DNA of 64,000 bases from NCBI GenBank assembly GCA_002633005.1, contig NMRA01000030.1, positions 897,534 through 961,533 on the forward strand, read 5' to 3'. The stretch comes from Phoronis australis. Lineage: Eukaryota; Animalia; Phoronida. The notes below the pieces were generated by a model. It was not told the DNA's origin and did no database searches. It was given only the letters and a program-made list of their open reading frames with translations. This document shows positions 1 through 12,143 of this stretch, in pieces (the first letter of the stretch is position 1; the number at the start of each line of letters is the position of its first letter). A program made the translations under genes and the position numbers.

Positions 1-179
1 TTCTTTCATCAAAAACTAGGGAAGCTAGTTGTCAATTGTCGAAGTGTCCGCCTGTCTTTTGAGCTCCATGACGAGACTGAAGAGGCGAATTACTTTGTGG
101 CAAAGTTAATTGGTCTCCCACTCATGTTCTCAAGTCAGTCGCCTAAATTGGATAACTCACAAGGTTTTCGTGTTGAAGA

Positions 180-265
180 AAACTGCTCAGGTCTCACACT
201 GCTTGGTTGGGCTCATGTTGTAACTGCTCAGGTCTCACACTGCTTGGTTGGGCTCTTGTTATAAC
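180..265. repeat. 41-bp tandem duplication
   Basis: aactgctcaggtctcacactgcttggttgggctc(a/t)tgtt occurs twice. Confidence 0.9.
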
Positions 266-714
266 TTTGAACAGAAACAGGTTGTGTCAAGTTAGCAAGC
301 AAATTTGCCATCTCTTACTAGTAAAGAACTGATAAGTACAACATTGCTTTATTAACCACTGTTCATTTACCAGGCAGTTTGAAATTTCAAAATTGTTATG
401 AATTTCTCTGTCATGTCCCACAACTCCAAAGTTTCATTACTGACTTGGACAAGGGTTTACAACATTTAATTCTCATACCAAATTTTTCTCCTTAGTTTTT
501 GTTGTAACGTTCAAGTTCTATTTTTGAAATAGTGGATGAACCCCTGATTCTGTGGCAAGTTGAATTGTTAATTCTTAACCAAAATTCAATCTTCAGTTTG
601 TTTTACTTTGTATGATACTGCCAACTTGTCATCGTATTATTGAAATTTTACATTCTGTCTCTGTTTTGTGTCATTTTGTGATGTTTATGTAAATTATCTC
701 CCCTCTTCATTCAG

Positions 715-821
715 CTGAGGCTCTTCACCTTGCTCATTTAATGGCTGCCCATGGCTACTTCTTTCCAATCGAAGACCATGTCTTGAGTGTTAAGAATGAC
801 ACAACATTTTACAGGTTTCAG
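715..821 (+). CDS. RGS7: RGS7-like exon (DEP domain)
   Basis: ttcag|CTGAGG...TTTCAG|gtaagt; encodes [35 protein letters not shown]. Confidence 0.95.
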
Positions 822-3800
822 GTAAGTGTGTTAAAGGAATAAAGGTCCACTTTTAACTTGAAAGTTGTAGTTATTTTTTACTAGAAGAAAATGCAACCTT
901 GTAATGGATGCTAGCACGGATTTCTGATGGAGCAACAAAACCCACATCTTCTGCCAAAAATCAACTTCTCATTTTGAAGCCATTTGCTGTTATAATATCA
1001 TCTTGTTCTTTTCTCTGGTTGGAATTTGCTTCATTCCCTGCTAAGTTACATTGCTAGTCACTGGCATGGGGGAAGTTTCCATCACAAAGGAGTTATGGTT
1101 ATTGGGAAAATTCCAGGCAATTTAATGTAAAACATTCAAGAAGTGAACATGATAGCATTGTTTTAGGTTATTTTCAACTTGGAATAGTGAATAAGGTGCG
1201 TTAAGAGCATTTTTTACTTGAAAATTTCTGTGTAATATTTGTGCCAATTCTTGGCAGATAAACAGTTGTTGTCAATCTTTCTTGGATGCTCCATATCTTA
1301 CTTGAAACTTGAAGATTAACAACGATTGTTGTATATTGGATTTTATCTTTTAATTGCAGACTCCATGTTTTTGGCCATCTCGTTGCACTGAACCTGAGAA
1401 CACAGACTACGGTATGTGTGAGTGCTCTCATACAATATGTGTGGGGAGCTCTCTTACGGTATGTGCAGAGGGAGCTCTTCTGAGTGGTATGTGTGGGGAG
1501 CTCTTCTGAGTGGTATGTGTGGGGAGCTCTTGTGAGTGGTATGTGTGGGGAGCTCTTGTGAGTGGTATGTGTGGGGAGCTCTCCTGAGTGGTATGTGTGG
1601 GGAGCTCTTCTGAGTGGTATGTGTGGGGAGCTCTCCTGAGTGGTATGTGTGGGGAGCCTTCCTGAGTGGTATGTGTGGGGAGGTTTGAACTGACTGGTAT
1701 TCATAACCTAGATATCTTGTCAACTTAACTCTTCTATGTATCGTCACCACACGTAGCTCTAGTGAGGTGTTTCAAAAACCACCAAACCCACCACCAAAGA
1801 TTCAATTACAAGCATGTTATAGCATTTAATAAAAACTATTATAATCATATTTTCTACATTTTCAGTACCATATTGAACTGTTCAATAGGTAAATCACTTA
1901 TGGAAAAGCATTGTGAGTCTGGTGAGTCAGGCGTTTCCACCATTTCTCTAAGGGCCTTGTTCACTGACTGGATGTCCTGTGTCAGGTTGGTTTACATTAA
2001 CTTTGGTTGTTTTTCAGCTGTGTATTTATGCAAGCGAACCATGCAAAACAAGCAAAGACTGGAACTAGCCGATTATGAAGCCGAGAATTTGGCCAGGCTC
2101 CAGAAAATGTTCTCCAGGAAATGGGAGTTTATTTTTTTACAAGCAGAAGCTCAAGCCAAGTAAGCCAAATAGAAAGTGAAAATTGAGTTTTACAAGATCA
2201 AGCCACGTAAAATACATAATGGAAATTGAGTTTTACGAGATCAAGCCACGTGAAATAGAAAGTGGAAATTGAGTTTTACTAGATCAAGCCACGTAAATAG
2301 AAAGTGGAAATTGAGTTTTACAAGATGAAGCCACGTAAAATAGAAAGTGGCAGTTGTGTTTTACAAGATCAAGCCACATAAAATAGAAAGTGGAAATTGA
2401 GTTTTACAAGATCAAGCCACATAAAATAGAAAGTGGAAATTGAGTTTTACAAGATTAAGCCATGTAAAATAGAAAGTGGTAGTTGAGTTTTACAAGACCA
2501 AACCACATAAAATAGAAAGTGGCAATTGAGTTTTACAAGATCAAACAATGTAAAATGCAGAGTGACAGTTGAGTTTTACAACCTTAAGCAACATAAAATT
2601 ATTTGTGTTTTTCAAGGTGTAGAAGTTTATTTATTGCTAGGTGAATGTCAAGTAAGTTACAGAGAAGACTAAATTTGCAAACAGTAACAAATGTTCTACC
2701 AAAAGTGAAGATATATTATTGACAGATAGATGCTGAAGATTAGTCATACATTTTTTCCAAAAAATAGAAAGTTATTTTTCTGCTCAAAAACTCAAACCAA
2801 GTAAGAATTATGTCCTCCAAAAAGTTGAGTTCATTTTTAGTCTAGCAGAAGCGTAAGCCTTTTCAACATGGGGTTGTACGTACTTTAGAGGACAGGTACA
2901 TGTGGAAACATAATCAGTTTCTCTGGACGTGTGATGAGATTAATTAACCTTGAAAATGCTTTTATTGCATGTTATTGGTGTGGAGTAGATCTGAATCATG
3001 TTGGTATTGATTTGGAATTTTGTATATTTCTGTCAATATGAAGGTACTGTGGTATTGGCTTTTTTCTTTAATTTGTAAAGGGCAAAAGCAAGTTCAGACC
3101 TGTCAAATTTTCCTTCCAGTTTTATAGAAATTTATTTAGTCATTTTTAAACTTTTCCGGCACTCGTTTGTTTCAATGATTGTTACATGCAAAAACAATTT
3201 TAGGTTTGCACCTATGTACTCACTGCAATCAGTTATACTCACTGCAACCAATCAGTTATACTACAACCAACCAGTTACACTCACTGCAACCATCCAGTTA
3301 TACTCACATTAACCAATCAGTTATACTCACTACAACCCATCAGTTATACTCACTGCAACCAACCAGTTATACTCACTGCAACCAACCAGTTATACTCACA
3401 TTAACCAATCAGTTATACTCACTACAACCAATCAGTTATACTCACTGCAACCAACCAGTTATACTCACTGCAACCAACCAGTTATACTCATTGCAACCAA
3501 TCATTTACTTACTACATCCACTGTGGCTAGGACTGGCTGTGCATCTTTTGGTAAAGCTGACTACTAGAGTATAAAATTTGCTTGACACTGAATTCTGTAT
3601 TATGTGCTTGATAGAGTTGACAAGAAACGAGATAAGCTGGAAAGAAAAGTGCTGGACAGTCAAGAGCGCGCCTTCTGGGACGTACACCGACCTGTGGTTA
3701 GTGTTGGCTGAATGGATATTGATGGATTAGTTGTACAATTCAAGGATGAGTGTCTTAGACTAGAGGTTGGGCTTTTAATCACCAAGGACTGTGCTATATG

Positions 3801-6800
3801 TATGTGTGGCTTGGGATAGTGCTGGGCTTTCAGTACAAAAAATACCACCTTTAGTTATTTTAACATGTTTGTATCACAACGTAGCAATAGGTGAGAGGTT
3901 TGAACCCTGGCCAAAGATGTTTCTAAGCGAGTTATGCCGTAGGTTGGCACTGACAGTTCTTGTACAAATCTATTGTCAAAGTACACAGTACTGTGGAATG
4001 GTCTTGATTTACTAAGACCCTAAGTTGACTGGAATTTGTTGTTCTTTTGCAGCCTGGCTGTGTAAATACTACCGAAGTTGATATTAAAAAAGCTTGTCGA
4101 ATGTCGAAGCCACTGAAAACCACACGGGTAATGTGCATTTATTTTTTCTGCTTGAACTTATGAGAAAAAATTGTGTTGTGGTTAAGCAGTATAGTTGTAA
4201 ATATCTAGTATTGTTGAAAATAATTAATGCTAATGAGACATTATCAGTTTTACGACTGACGCATTTTTGAGATTATTGTTAGATGGGAGTGACTTCTAGT
4301 TATGACCAGACGTGTAAAACAACAAAACCTGTTTTGTTTTTGTAATATATCACAAATTCTTAAGGTTGTCTGCTAGACATTCATTGAAAACATGGCCAGT
4401 TGTCAGTTAAACGGGCTTAAAAGTCTCGGCCATTTATGAAGTGGGGTTTGGCTTTCTCAACAGATCCTTAGAATGTGACCGTGGGGCCCCAGATTTGATT
4501 CTGTGCTGAGTTTGATTTTGGAAAATCACTTCTCACTGATAATGTCCCATTAAGACAAATATCCTTATTGGTTTGTGTATGGTGTGCCATGTTGCATAAA
4601 CATTGTGTGATGCTTGACAACAGTGACTTGGCAGTATCCCATGTTGCTGTTGTTTGATAATAATGCTGTTGATATCGGGAGACAAGTTTTACATGTCAGC
4701 TCTGAAACCAATTCACTTCTTGATGAAGACTATGTTCTTGTTGCAGACAAATTACAATGTGCCTGGTGGAAGGTTAAGCCCAAGTGTGTCTGAGACTGAA
4801 CTGAGGCCTCTGAAGGAGCATAGAGCAGAAGAGTTGGAGAGAATGGTTGGTCCTGATAACCACAGATTTTTCTTATGGGTCAAATGATGTCTTCACTGTT
4901 GAAATGTTAGGGTTATTTCAGAGAGTTTGTGAATAATGTCGCCACTGAATGGAAGCACTTCTGATATACTGTGTTGTTCATCGTATTGGTACTTAATGTG
5001 ATCATGTGGTCATTTGCCAAAAGAACATACAGTTATTGGCCACACTGGTCTGATAAGTCCTGTGTTTTATGGAATCAAATATGTCATGTTCTAATAGATG
5101 AATCTCAAAGGTCACTTCTAAAATTTGTTTCCAAGCATCGCGAATACAGTCTATTTTTGTAGGTCAGATACTAAATCGTGCCCTATAAGCAAAAACTTGC
5201 ATTGTGAAGAAAGCTAAATGGAATCTGTATAGTATGTGTCTGTGATAGTCTGATGTTTCTGTGCATCTTTTCAGGTGAATCTGTTGAAGAAAAAACTTGA
5301 GAGACGACGTTTTAAGGTGTCAAAGACAGCCGAGTGTTTTATCTCGTATTTCGAACAGTACTGCGAGTTTGACCCATTTATGACTCTGCCCGAACCATCA
5401 AATCCATGGATATCAGATAACACGGACTTTTGGGAAGCAGAGAGTTCGCTGTATGTGTTATAAGGGTGGAGTGTTGGTGGGCAGGAAGTGTGAAGTGATC
5501 TCGTTAATGTTTTGAGCGTTATTGTGCCATTGGGTCTCTGTTATGCCCAGATCAGAGGCTTCTTGTGTTGAATGGTCATAGAAGCAATTCATGGTACAAG
5601 CTGTGATGTCCCCCAGACTGCTTAATGCTAACACAAGGTCTTTTCTCAGAGAAGGGGCACGTGTGCCACCTTTCATTTAAAGACCATATCAATGCTGTTT
5701 TCGGGCCAAGTAGCCACAAAATGTTTTTTTACTAACATGTTTCAAGTTCACAAATGAACTAGATTCTTGAATTTTGATTTCTTTGGTTGTAACCAATCCA
5801 TTAAACTGAATTGGGGGCAAATGTTCGTGTATTTTAAGGGGAAAGCAGCCATGTTTATATTAACAGACCTGTGTACCATACGCAAAAAATGCGGATTCGT
5901 ACGGAAATCAAGCCTACAGTACGCAAGTACGCGCGGCCAGGCAAAAATACGCAAATTCAGCAACTTCAAAAGAGATGATTAATTCGCTTGCTTCTCGCAT
6001 ATTTGTAGTGTAAACAGACGAGGAAGAAGGTTTTAAAGTTAGAAATGAAAAAACATATTGTAAAATCATTATTTTAGCCAAAAACTTGAGCTAAGAACTC
6101 GGAAAACTTACTTCATTTTATTCTCGAAATAGCCTAATAATCGGCGAATTGCGAGGCCTCTTCTATCGGCATGTGTTTCACAGGCCTAACCTATAAGCAA
6201 CGACTTCCGTGATTTGTGGATTACTTACTTCGTATAATTCCGGCTGTTTACGGCTAAATACGTACTGTTGACAAAATGGCAAAGCACGTGTGGTTGCATA
6301 TTTCGAGCTCTGAAGAAAGTAGCTTCTGAAAGAAGGGAACGTCTGTTTTTGCAACGTTATACCAAAGAATGACAATGTCTTATTTTATTCAAGGGACCAT
6401 GGAATTTATACTGCAAGTTGTATAGCGTATTTTTTGCGGACATGGTGACTGCTCTGACTTTGTAGCGTGTTGAGCTGACGATAATACTCGAGCCACAGTC
6501 GAGCCTCAAGGAGTCAAACCTCGACTCAAGCCTCGACTCAAGCCTCGACTCAAGCCTCGACTCGAGGTCATTTCGCATGCAGCATAGTAGTACGTGATGA
6601 GAGACACAATGAATAATTACTCAAAACATTTGTGAATGGTTAAGAAAATATTGATGCTAAACATTGTCCAGTGCAGATTCATCAACACATTTTTGCAGAT
6701 ATGTTTTTGCATGTATTAACATGTTAGTTCAGTAAGGACATTTGATTAACAGGATCTTTTCACTATGCGCATTGTCCCTCAACTAAACAACTTAAATTAT

Positions 6801-9800
6801 TTTGAAAATTGGTGATCAATTCACTATGTGTGTTTTAGAAACTGAGAGGCAAGTAAGTAGGAAAAGTACCCAGGAGGCGGCTGAATGAGTTCCAAAACCG
6901 AAAGTTTGAGGAAAAAAGACAAAAGTCCTCTAAAGAGGCACGAATTCGGCGTGAAAGCTCTGAACCCTAAGCAAAGCCCCCTCCCGTTTTTTCTTTTCTT
7001 TTTAATCAGTCAGATAGTGAAAGGTAAATTTGGTCTGTGCGTGGGAATCTGCGAATTTACTGGGAAATCTGCAAATCTGGCGTTCAGAGTACTCCAATGC
7101 AGTTTGGGTGGTACACAGGTCTGTATTAACTGTACTTAATTTATTATCCATGCAGCAATAGAAAATGACACAGAATGTGATGTTAACGAGGGAGCAAAAA
7201 TTCTGCATTTTTAGATTGAGTAAATACTTATGAAGACACTGGGTCTAAGCCCAGGAACTTTTATCTTATTTCTTGAAGAATATCAAAGTAATACTCTCTG
7301 TGTGTTCAGTAGGTGTTCTGGAGTAGTGTCTGTCTGTGTGTCTTACCAAGTGTCCCAAACTAATAATTACTCAGAATAATGGGAGTTGAGAAGGATAACA
7401 TCAATGTCTCCATATTACTTGGGCAATTTCTATGGAATTCGATTTAATTCATGTTTCAATTGATGACTTGCACATTGTATTTTGCTGCTGCTTGGAGCAC
7501 ATTTTTAAAGTTTCTTAGAAAATTCTGTTAATTTTTTCACTTTCATCTTACATTTTTCTTATACTGATTTCATAGTTCAGTATATTAATTAATATAAAAA
7601 GTATTGCAGGTGGTCCGATACCTGAACAGCAGCAGAAGTGTGTAGGCCACATAGTTCGGTCCCATTGCACTAAACACTTGATTTAAAATTCATGAGAACA
7701 CTCTTGTGTGTGTGTGTGCGTGCGTGTGCGTGCGTGTTCGTATCTAGTATATATACATCTGTACGTACATACATACATATATAGTCATTATGTTCAGGAT
7801 ATTATGGTAACAAACATTGTGAGCACATTCACTTAGAAGATTTAGGTTTAGAAATTCTCCTGTCATCCACCTATTTTGAATAATTTTGTATTTCTTTTTA
7901 AAGGCAAAATATCCCACTACGGAGAGTACGAAGGTGGGGGTTCTCAATTTTAGAAGTGTTAAAGGATCCTGCCGGCAGGGACCACTTCACACGCTTTCTG
8001 GAAAAGGAATTCAGTGCTGAAAATATTAAGTATGCATCTCTGGTGCTTTATACTGTGTGCTATTCTCACGCAATGTATACGATATGTTTCTAAAGTAAGT
8101 GAAGTCAAAATTTATTTTAATCTGTTTGTTAACGAGTGTCCAATGCGACAACAATTCTGGGAGTGCCAAGACTCAATGTATATCTCCAATGTATAATTCC
8201 AATGTATGTCTCCAAATGGTAACTGATGCATATCTCCAATGTATATCTCTGATGTAACATACTTCAGTGGGTTACCAGTATTTCTACGTGTTAGTTTTGC
8301 TTTATTTATTGAACCCCATAACCTGTTTTCTTTAACAGCATCACATGAGCCTGGCTATATTTTTGTTGTTTTGCAGATTTTGGGTTGCGTGTCAAGAATT
8401 AAAGGCTTTACCTGTCAGGCATGTGTTAATAAAAGTTGAAGAGATATATGAGTAAGTAAGATGATTCAAATTTAATACAAACTGTGCTGTTACACATCTT
8501 TTCTAAGAAATCAAAGACTTGTTGTTATTACGTACTCTGCTCACAAGTTGTTTTTTTTATCCTTAGGGAGTTCCTCGCCCATGGCGCCCGCGACCCGGTG
8601 AACGTGGACAGTCGAGTGGCAGAAATTGTGAGGCAGAATCTGAAAACCAACCCCAATAGATATTGTTTTGATGAAGCACAGGTAAGTGTTCTTCAATGTA
8701 GTACAACCTGGCAGACAACGTGGAAATTCAGCAGAGTTGAATGTGTGCTCAAAATCCAGGAGATGTGCAATAGCTGCTGAGTGCAAATGAAGTTCACTGT
8801 CAGAGTAGCTGTATTAATGAGTGATCATGGTTCTTGGTCTGTCATGTTGGATTGATGAGTCATGAAAGTTTATGGTCTGTCATGCTGGATTGAGGAGTCA
8901 CAATGATTAACGGTCTGTCATGCTGGATTGAGGAGTCACAATGATTAACGGTCTGTCATGTTGGATTGATGAGTCACGAAAGTTCATGGTCTGTCATGCT
9001 GGATTGAGTAGTCATTATGGTTCATAGTCTGTCATGTTGGATTGATGAGTCACAATGATTAACAGTCTGTCATGTTGGATTGATGAATGATGATGGTTCA
9101 TGGTCTGTTATGTTGGATTGATGAGCCGTGACGGTTCATGGTCTGTCATTTCGGATTGATGAGTCATGATGGTTCATGGTCTATCATGTTGGATTGATGA
9201 GTGATGATGGTTCATAGTCTGTCATGTTTGATTGATGAGTCATGATGATTAGCGGTCTGTCATGTTGGATTGATGAGTCATGAAGGCTGAATGGTCTCTC
9301 ATTCTAGATTGATGAGTCATGGTGGGCCGCGGTCTGTTATGCAGGATTGGTGTATCATGGTGGTTCATGATCTGTGATGACAGTGAAACTGAATTTTGTC
9401 GGATCATTTTTGCAATATATTATTTTTACTTTACAGCACAATTGGAAATATTTTTTCATTAAAATTTTACCAATGACATTGGCTCACCGCTTTTGGTTTC
9501 TCTTCAGGAACACATATTTAACCTCATGAAGAATGACAGCTACACACGCTACCTGCGGTCGGAAATGTACAAAGAAATGGTGGGCGGGCAAAAGAAAAAG
9601 GTATTCACGAGTTTGCCAAGGAAGATCCGTTTCTGAGTCTTTCTGTCTGCCCTGCTTTAAAACCCTTGCTCAACTTCCTATCGTTCAGCTGATTGTTGTG
9701 TGAAACTATCAGGAGGTTCATTGACTCTCTACAGTCTGTGCTATATTCAGTAGGACTTGACCTGGGAATCACTTTGTTACTTAGGGTCGCAAATTTGAGT

Positions 9801-12143
9801 TGCGCTTAGAAACATTATGTTAATTTGCTATTGACCACATTTGAGGAGTTTTAATGTGTTGAAATTGGCCACTACTCTGTACAATGAGTTTACAAATTTT
9901 TTTTATTTGGAAATGGTTGTATTTACTGCCTCTTGATGTAGTCTCAGTGTGGGCTGCTATCTGCACCTCTTGCATATATGCAAACAATGCAACAAAAAAA
10001 CTTTCTAGGTGACTTAAAGTCAGATTCTACTGCATGACTAAATGACTAGAGATGAGAACTGTTTACAATTCTTTGCTGCTGGTGATGTTTGTTGTTAGTG
10101 ATTGGCTATCTTAAAAGGTATATTCACAGGCATTTCATATGTCCATAGAATTAGATTAATATTGATTGTACATTCCACCCCCTTCACTGACGTTGTTGAT
10201 CTAAAATGGAACTAGCTGCAGGCATCGTTCTCAGGCAAAGTATGTGTTAAAATGTTCACCATCATTCAGATTCAGCAGATATGAGGAACCCAACTCACTC
10301 ATTGACTCACAGTGTCTGGTAATGCAGATATGAGGAACCCAACTCACTCATTGACTCAGTGTCTGGTACTCTGGAAGACATGGGTCTAACGTCTTATTTG
10401 ATTATTGGGAGGACATGAGTCAAGCGCCTTCTGTGATCATCCAGAAGATATGAGAGTCAAATGCCTTGTCTGATCATTAGGAAGACATGAGTTAGATGTC
10501 TTGTCTGATCATTAGGAAGACATGAGTTAGATGTCTTGTCTGATCATTAGGAAGACATGAGTTAGATGTCTTGTCTGATCCATCCAGATGATACTAGTCA
10601 AATGTCGTTTCTGATGAATCCAGGAGACATGAGAGTCAAACGTGTTGTCTGATCACCGGGAAGACTTGAGTCAGCATCTTGTCAAAGCATCAGGAAGACA
10701 TGAATCAGCTTCTTGTCTGTTCATCAGGATAGCACGAGTCTGACATCTTGTCTGTTCATCGGGAAGACACAAGTCAAACTTGTTATCTCTGATCATCCAC
10801 AAGGCATGAGTCAAACGTCTTTTATATCATGTGTTACGTGGCTCTAAAGAGCTGTGCTTTTCGTATATTAATTATTCACCTTCTCAAATCTTAACCTTGG
10901 GAGTTTACCTTTAAGGCGTTCAAAGATAGTTATCACAATAGTATACGTACTCCTGCATAATATTTGCCATCAAAATGATTCATTTACATTAATTTTGAAT
11001 TTTTTGGCTTTAGAATTTTGTTTGCTTTTATGATGCTGTTAGACCATCAGTTAGAAATATTGTGATGTCTAAACGTGACTATGAGACGATGGCATAGTTT
11101 TTAATTGTTAAAATTTTAAGCTGTTTTAATCTAATACTTACATGAAGTTGTGGAAGCTCATTCTCTGTTGTGGTAATTAAGCTACAGAATGGTTTTTGAC
11201 AGTGCAAGCAAATTTTGCCAACTGCGTTATTGTTGGTGAAATGCTTTTTGGTGGAGTCGGTGAATTGTGCAACGCTTAGACACACTGCACGAGTTCAGTT
11301 TTGAGAACTTTCATGTGGTTGTTACTATTTCTCTCATCTTAAACATGTCTCATGCTTACCTATGCTAGGTGATGGACATTATCATTCATCCAACTCTGTA
11401 GTTCATGACATTTGTTTGTTTTGTGCTTTTTCTAACTTATTCGTGCTGTTGTGCTTTGGAGTTTTGTTTGTTATGTTTTATTTTTGTTGTTTTATATGAG
11501 GGAAGAGTTTTAACTTTGTGTTTTAGCTCACACTCACATGTAGTATATGTTTAACCATGGATCAATTTATGATTTGGGGTCGAGTATTGACATCACCAAA
11601 CCTGTTCGCCACCTTGTCAGTATTGTACATTAGGTGTGCCTTTGACAAATTGTTTCATTTTTCTTTTGATGGTCCCTCATATTTTGTCTCTCTGTGTTCC
11701 TCCATACCTTTTTATACTGGGATATCCTGCTTGAAAGGTGTTTTGTTCGAGTGTTCCCAAAGATACAAGGGGACCGTGTTTTGTTGGTCACTAGTGGGAA
11801 CTCCTCAAAAGCATTCTTCATCTAAGAGTTGGTGATCCCAGAAAACGATTGCTTCTGTTTTGTTGGTGAATGTCTTGTATATATTAATACTGTCTTGGGG
11901 ATAACTGGCCTATGCGATTTTGAATAGCTTTTAAAAGTTTTTTTATTTTGTGAAGTCATTAGCTCGTATAATTGTTAACGTGTATTTATTTGAAATGTAA
12001 CAGAATGTTAAAACCGTGCTGTTACCTGTATTTAGTATGCATGCTCTGTCCCTTATTTTTCTGTCATGTCTTTTCAGAGTAAGATACTACGGAAACTTCC
12101 CAGTTTTATTGGTACATCGAGTTTTCCTGCCACAAAATCATGA
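715..12143 (+). CDS. RGS7: R7-family regulator of G-protein signalling (RGS6/RGS7/egl-10-like), 5'-partial; join(715..821,1360..1411,2018..2159,3615..3696,4053..4127,4747..4845,5275..5450,7904..8029,8377..8451,8567..8681,9508..9600,12078..12143)
   Basis: All junctions are GT-AG and phases are consistent. The peptide contains [70 protein letters not shown] (DEP/DHEX), [30 protein letters not shown] ([15 protein letters not shown]) and the RGS box ([41 protein letters not shown]). It is probably co-orthologous to vertebrate RGS6 and RGS7. Confidence 0.95.
1360..1411 (+). CDS. RGS7: RGS7-like exon
   Basis: tgcag|ACTCCA...TACG|gtatgt; encodes [17 protein letters not shown]. Confidence 0.95.
1412..1682. 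repeat. 26-bp minisatellite (gtatgtgtggggagctcttctgagtg)n beginning at the splice donor
   Basis: About 10 copies; period 26 read directly. Confidence 0.95.
2018..2159 (+). CDS. RGS7: RGS7-like exon (DHEX)
   Basis: ttcag|CTGTG...GCCAA|gtaagc; encodes [46 protein letters not shown]. Confidence 0.95.
2125..2600. repeat. 43-bp minisatellite overlapping the exon end and donor
   Basis: Unit gagttttacaagatcaagccacgtaaaatagaaagtggaaatt, about 10 copies. Confidence 0.95.
3218..3503. repeat. ~23-bp minisatellite (cagttatactcactgcaaccaac)n
   Basis: About 12 copies. Confidence 0.95.
3615..3696 (+). CDS. RGS7: RGS7-like exon (DHEX)
   Basis: gatag|AGTT...CCTGTG|gttagt; encodes [27 protein letters not shown]. 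Confidence 0.95.
4053..4127 (+). CDS. RGS7: RGS7-like exon
   Basis: tgcag|CCTGGC...ACACGG|gtaatg; encodes [25 protein letters not shown]. Confidence 0.92.
4747..4845 (+). CDS. RGS7: RGS7-like exon (linker)
   Basis: tgcag|ACAAAT...AGAATG|gttggt; 99 nt, phase 0 at both ends; encodes [33 protein letters not shown]. The linker is poorly conserved. Confidence 0.8.
5275..5450 (+). CDS. RGS7: RGS7-like exon (GGL domain)
   Basis: ttcag|GTGAAT...TCGCT|gtatgt; encodes [54 protein letters not shown]. Confidence 0.93.
6487..6566. repeat. 12-bp tandem repeat (ctcgactcaagc)n within a probable decayed DNA-transposon fragment (~5680-6600)
   Basis: The repeat is seen directly. The surrounding ~900 bp is CpG-richer than the host intron; I could not resolve its termini. 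Confidence 0.75.
7904..8029 (+). CDS. RGS7: RGS7-like exon (start of RGS domain)
   Basis: taaag|GCAAAAT...ATTAA|gtatgc; encodes [41 protein letters not shown]. Confidence 0.93.
8377..8451 (+). CDS. RGS7: RGS7-like exon (RGS domain)
   Basis: tgcag|ATTTTGG...TATGA|gtaagt; encodes [24 protein letters not shown]. Confidence 0.93.
8567..8681 (+). CDS. RGS7: RGS7-like exon (RGS domain)
   Basis: cttag|GGAGTTC...GCACAG|gtaagt; encodes [38 protein letters not shown]. Confidence 0.94.
8815..9378. repeat. 38-bp minisatellite (ggtctgtcatgttggattgatgagtcatgatggttcat)n
   Basis: About 14 copies. Confidence 0.95.
9508..9600 (+). CDS. RGS7: RGS7-like exon (end of RGS domain); read-through gives [11 protein letters not shown] with stop at 9634-9636
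   Basis: ttcag|GAACAC...AAAAAG|gtattc; encodes [31 protein letters not shown]. Confidence 0.93.
10275..10820. repeat. ~48-bp duplication followed by a 35-bp minisatellite (gaagacatgagttagatgtcttgtctgatcattag)n
   Basis: Period 35 at 10481, 10516 and 10551; flanking copies are degenerate. Confidence 0.9.
12078..12143 (+). CDS. RGS7: Probable terminal coding exon of the RGS7-like gene
   Basis: Good pyrimidine tract, ttttcag|AGT, phase 0; encodes [21 protein letters not shown]; followed by U-rich UTR-like sequence. Confidence 0.7.
   Translation, partial: SKILRKLPSFIGTSSFPATKS

Noticed and set aside
1201-1750. Minus-strand ORFs of 167 and 98 aa with [13 protein letters not shown] repeats
   Set aside because: Translations of the 26-bp intronic minisatellite, antisense to the RGS gene
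3179-3574. 131-aa ORF with QLYSLQP repeats
   Set aside because: Read-through of the 23-bp minisatellite
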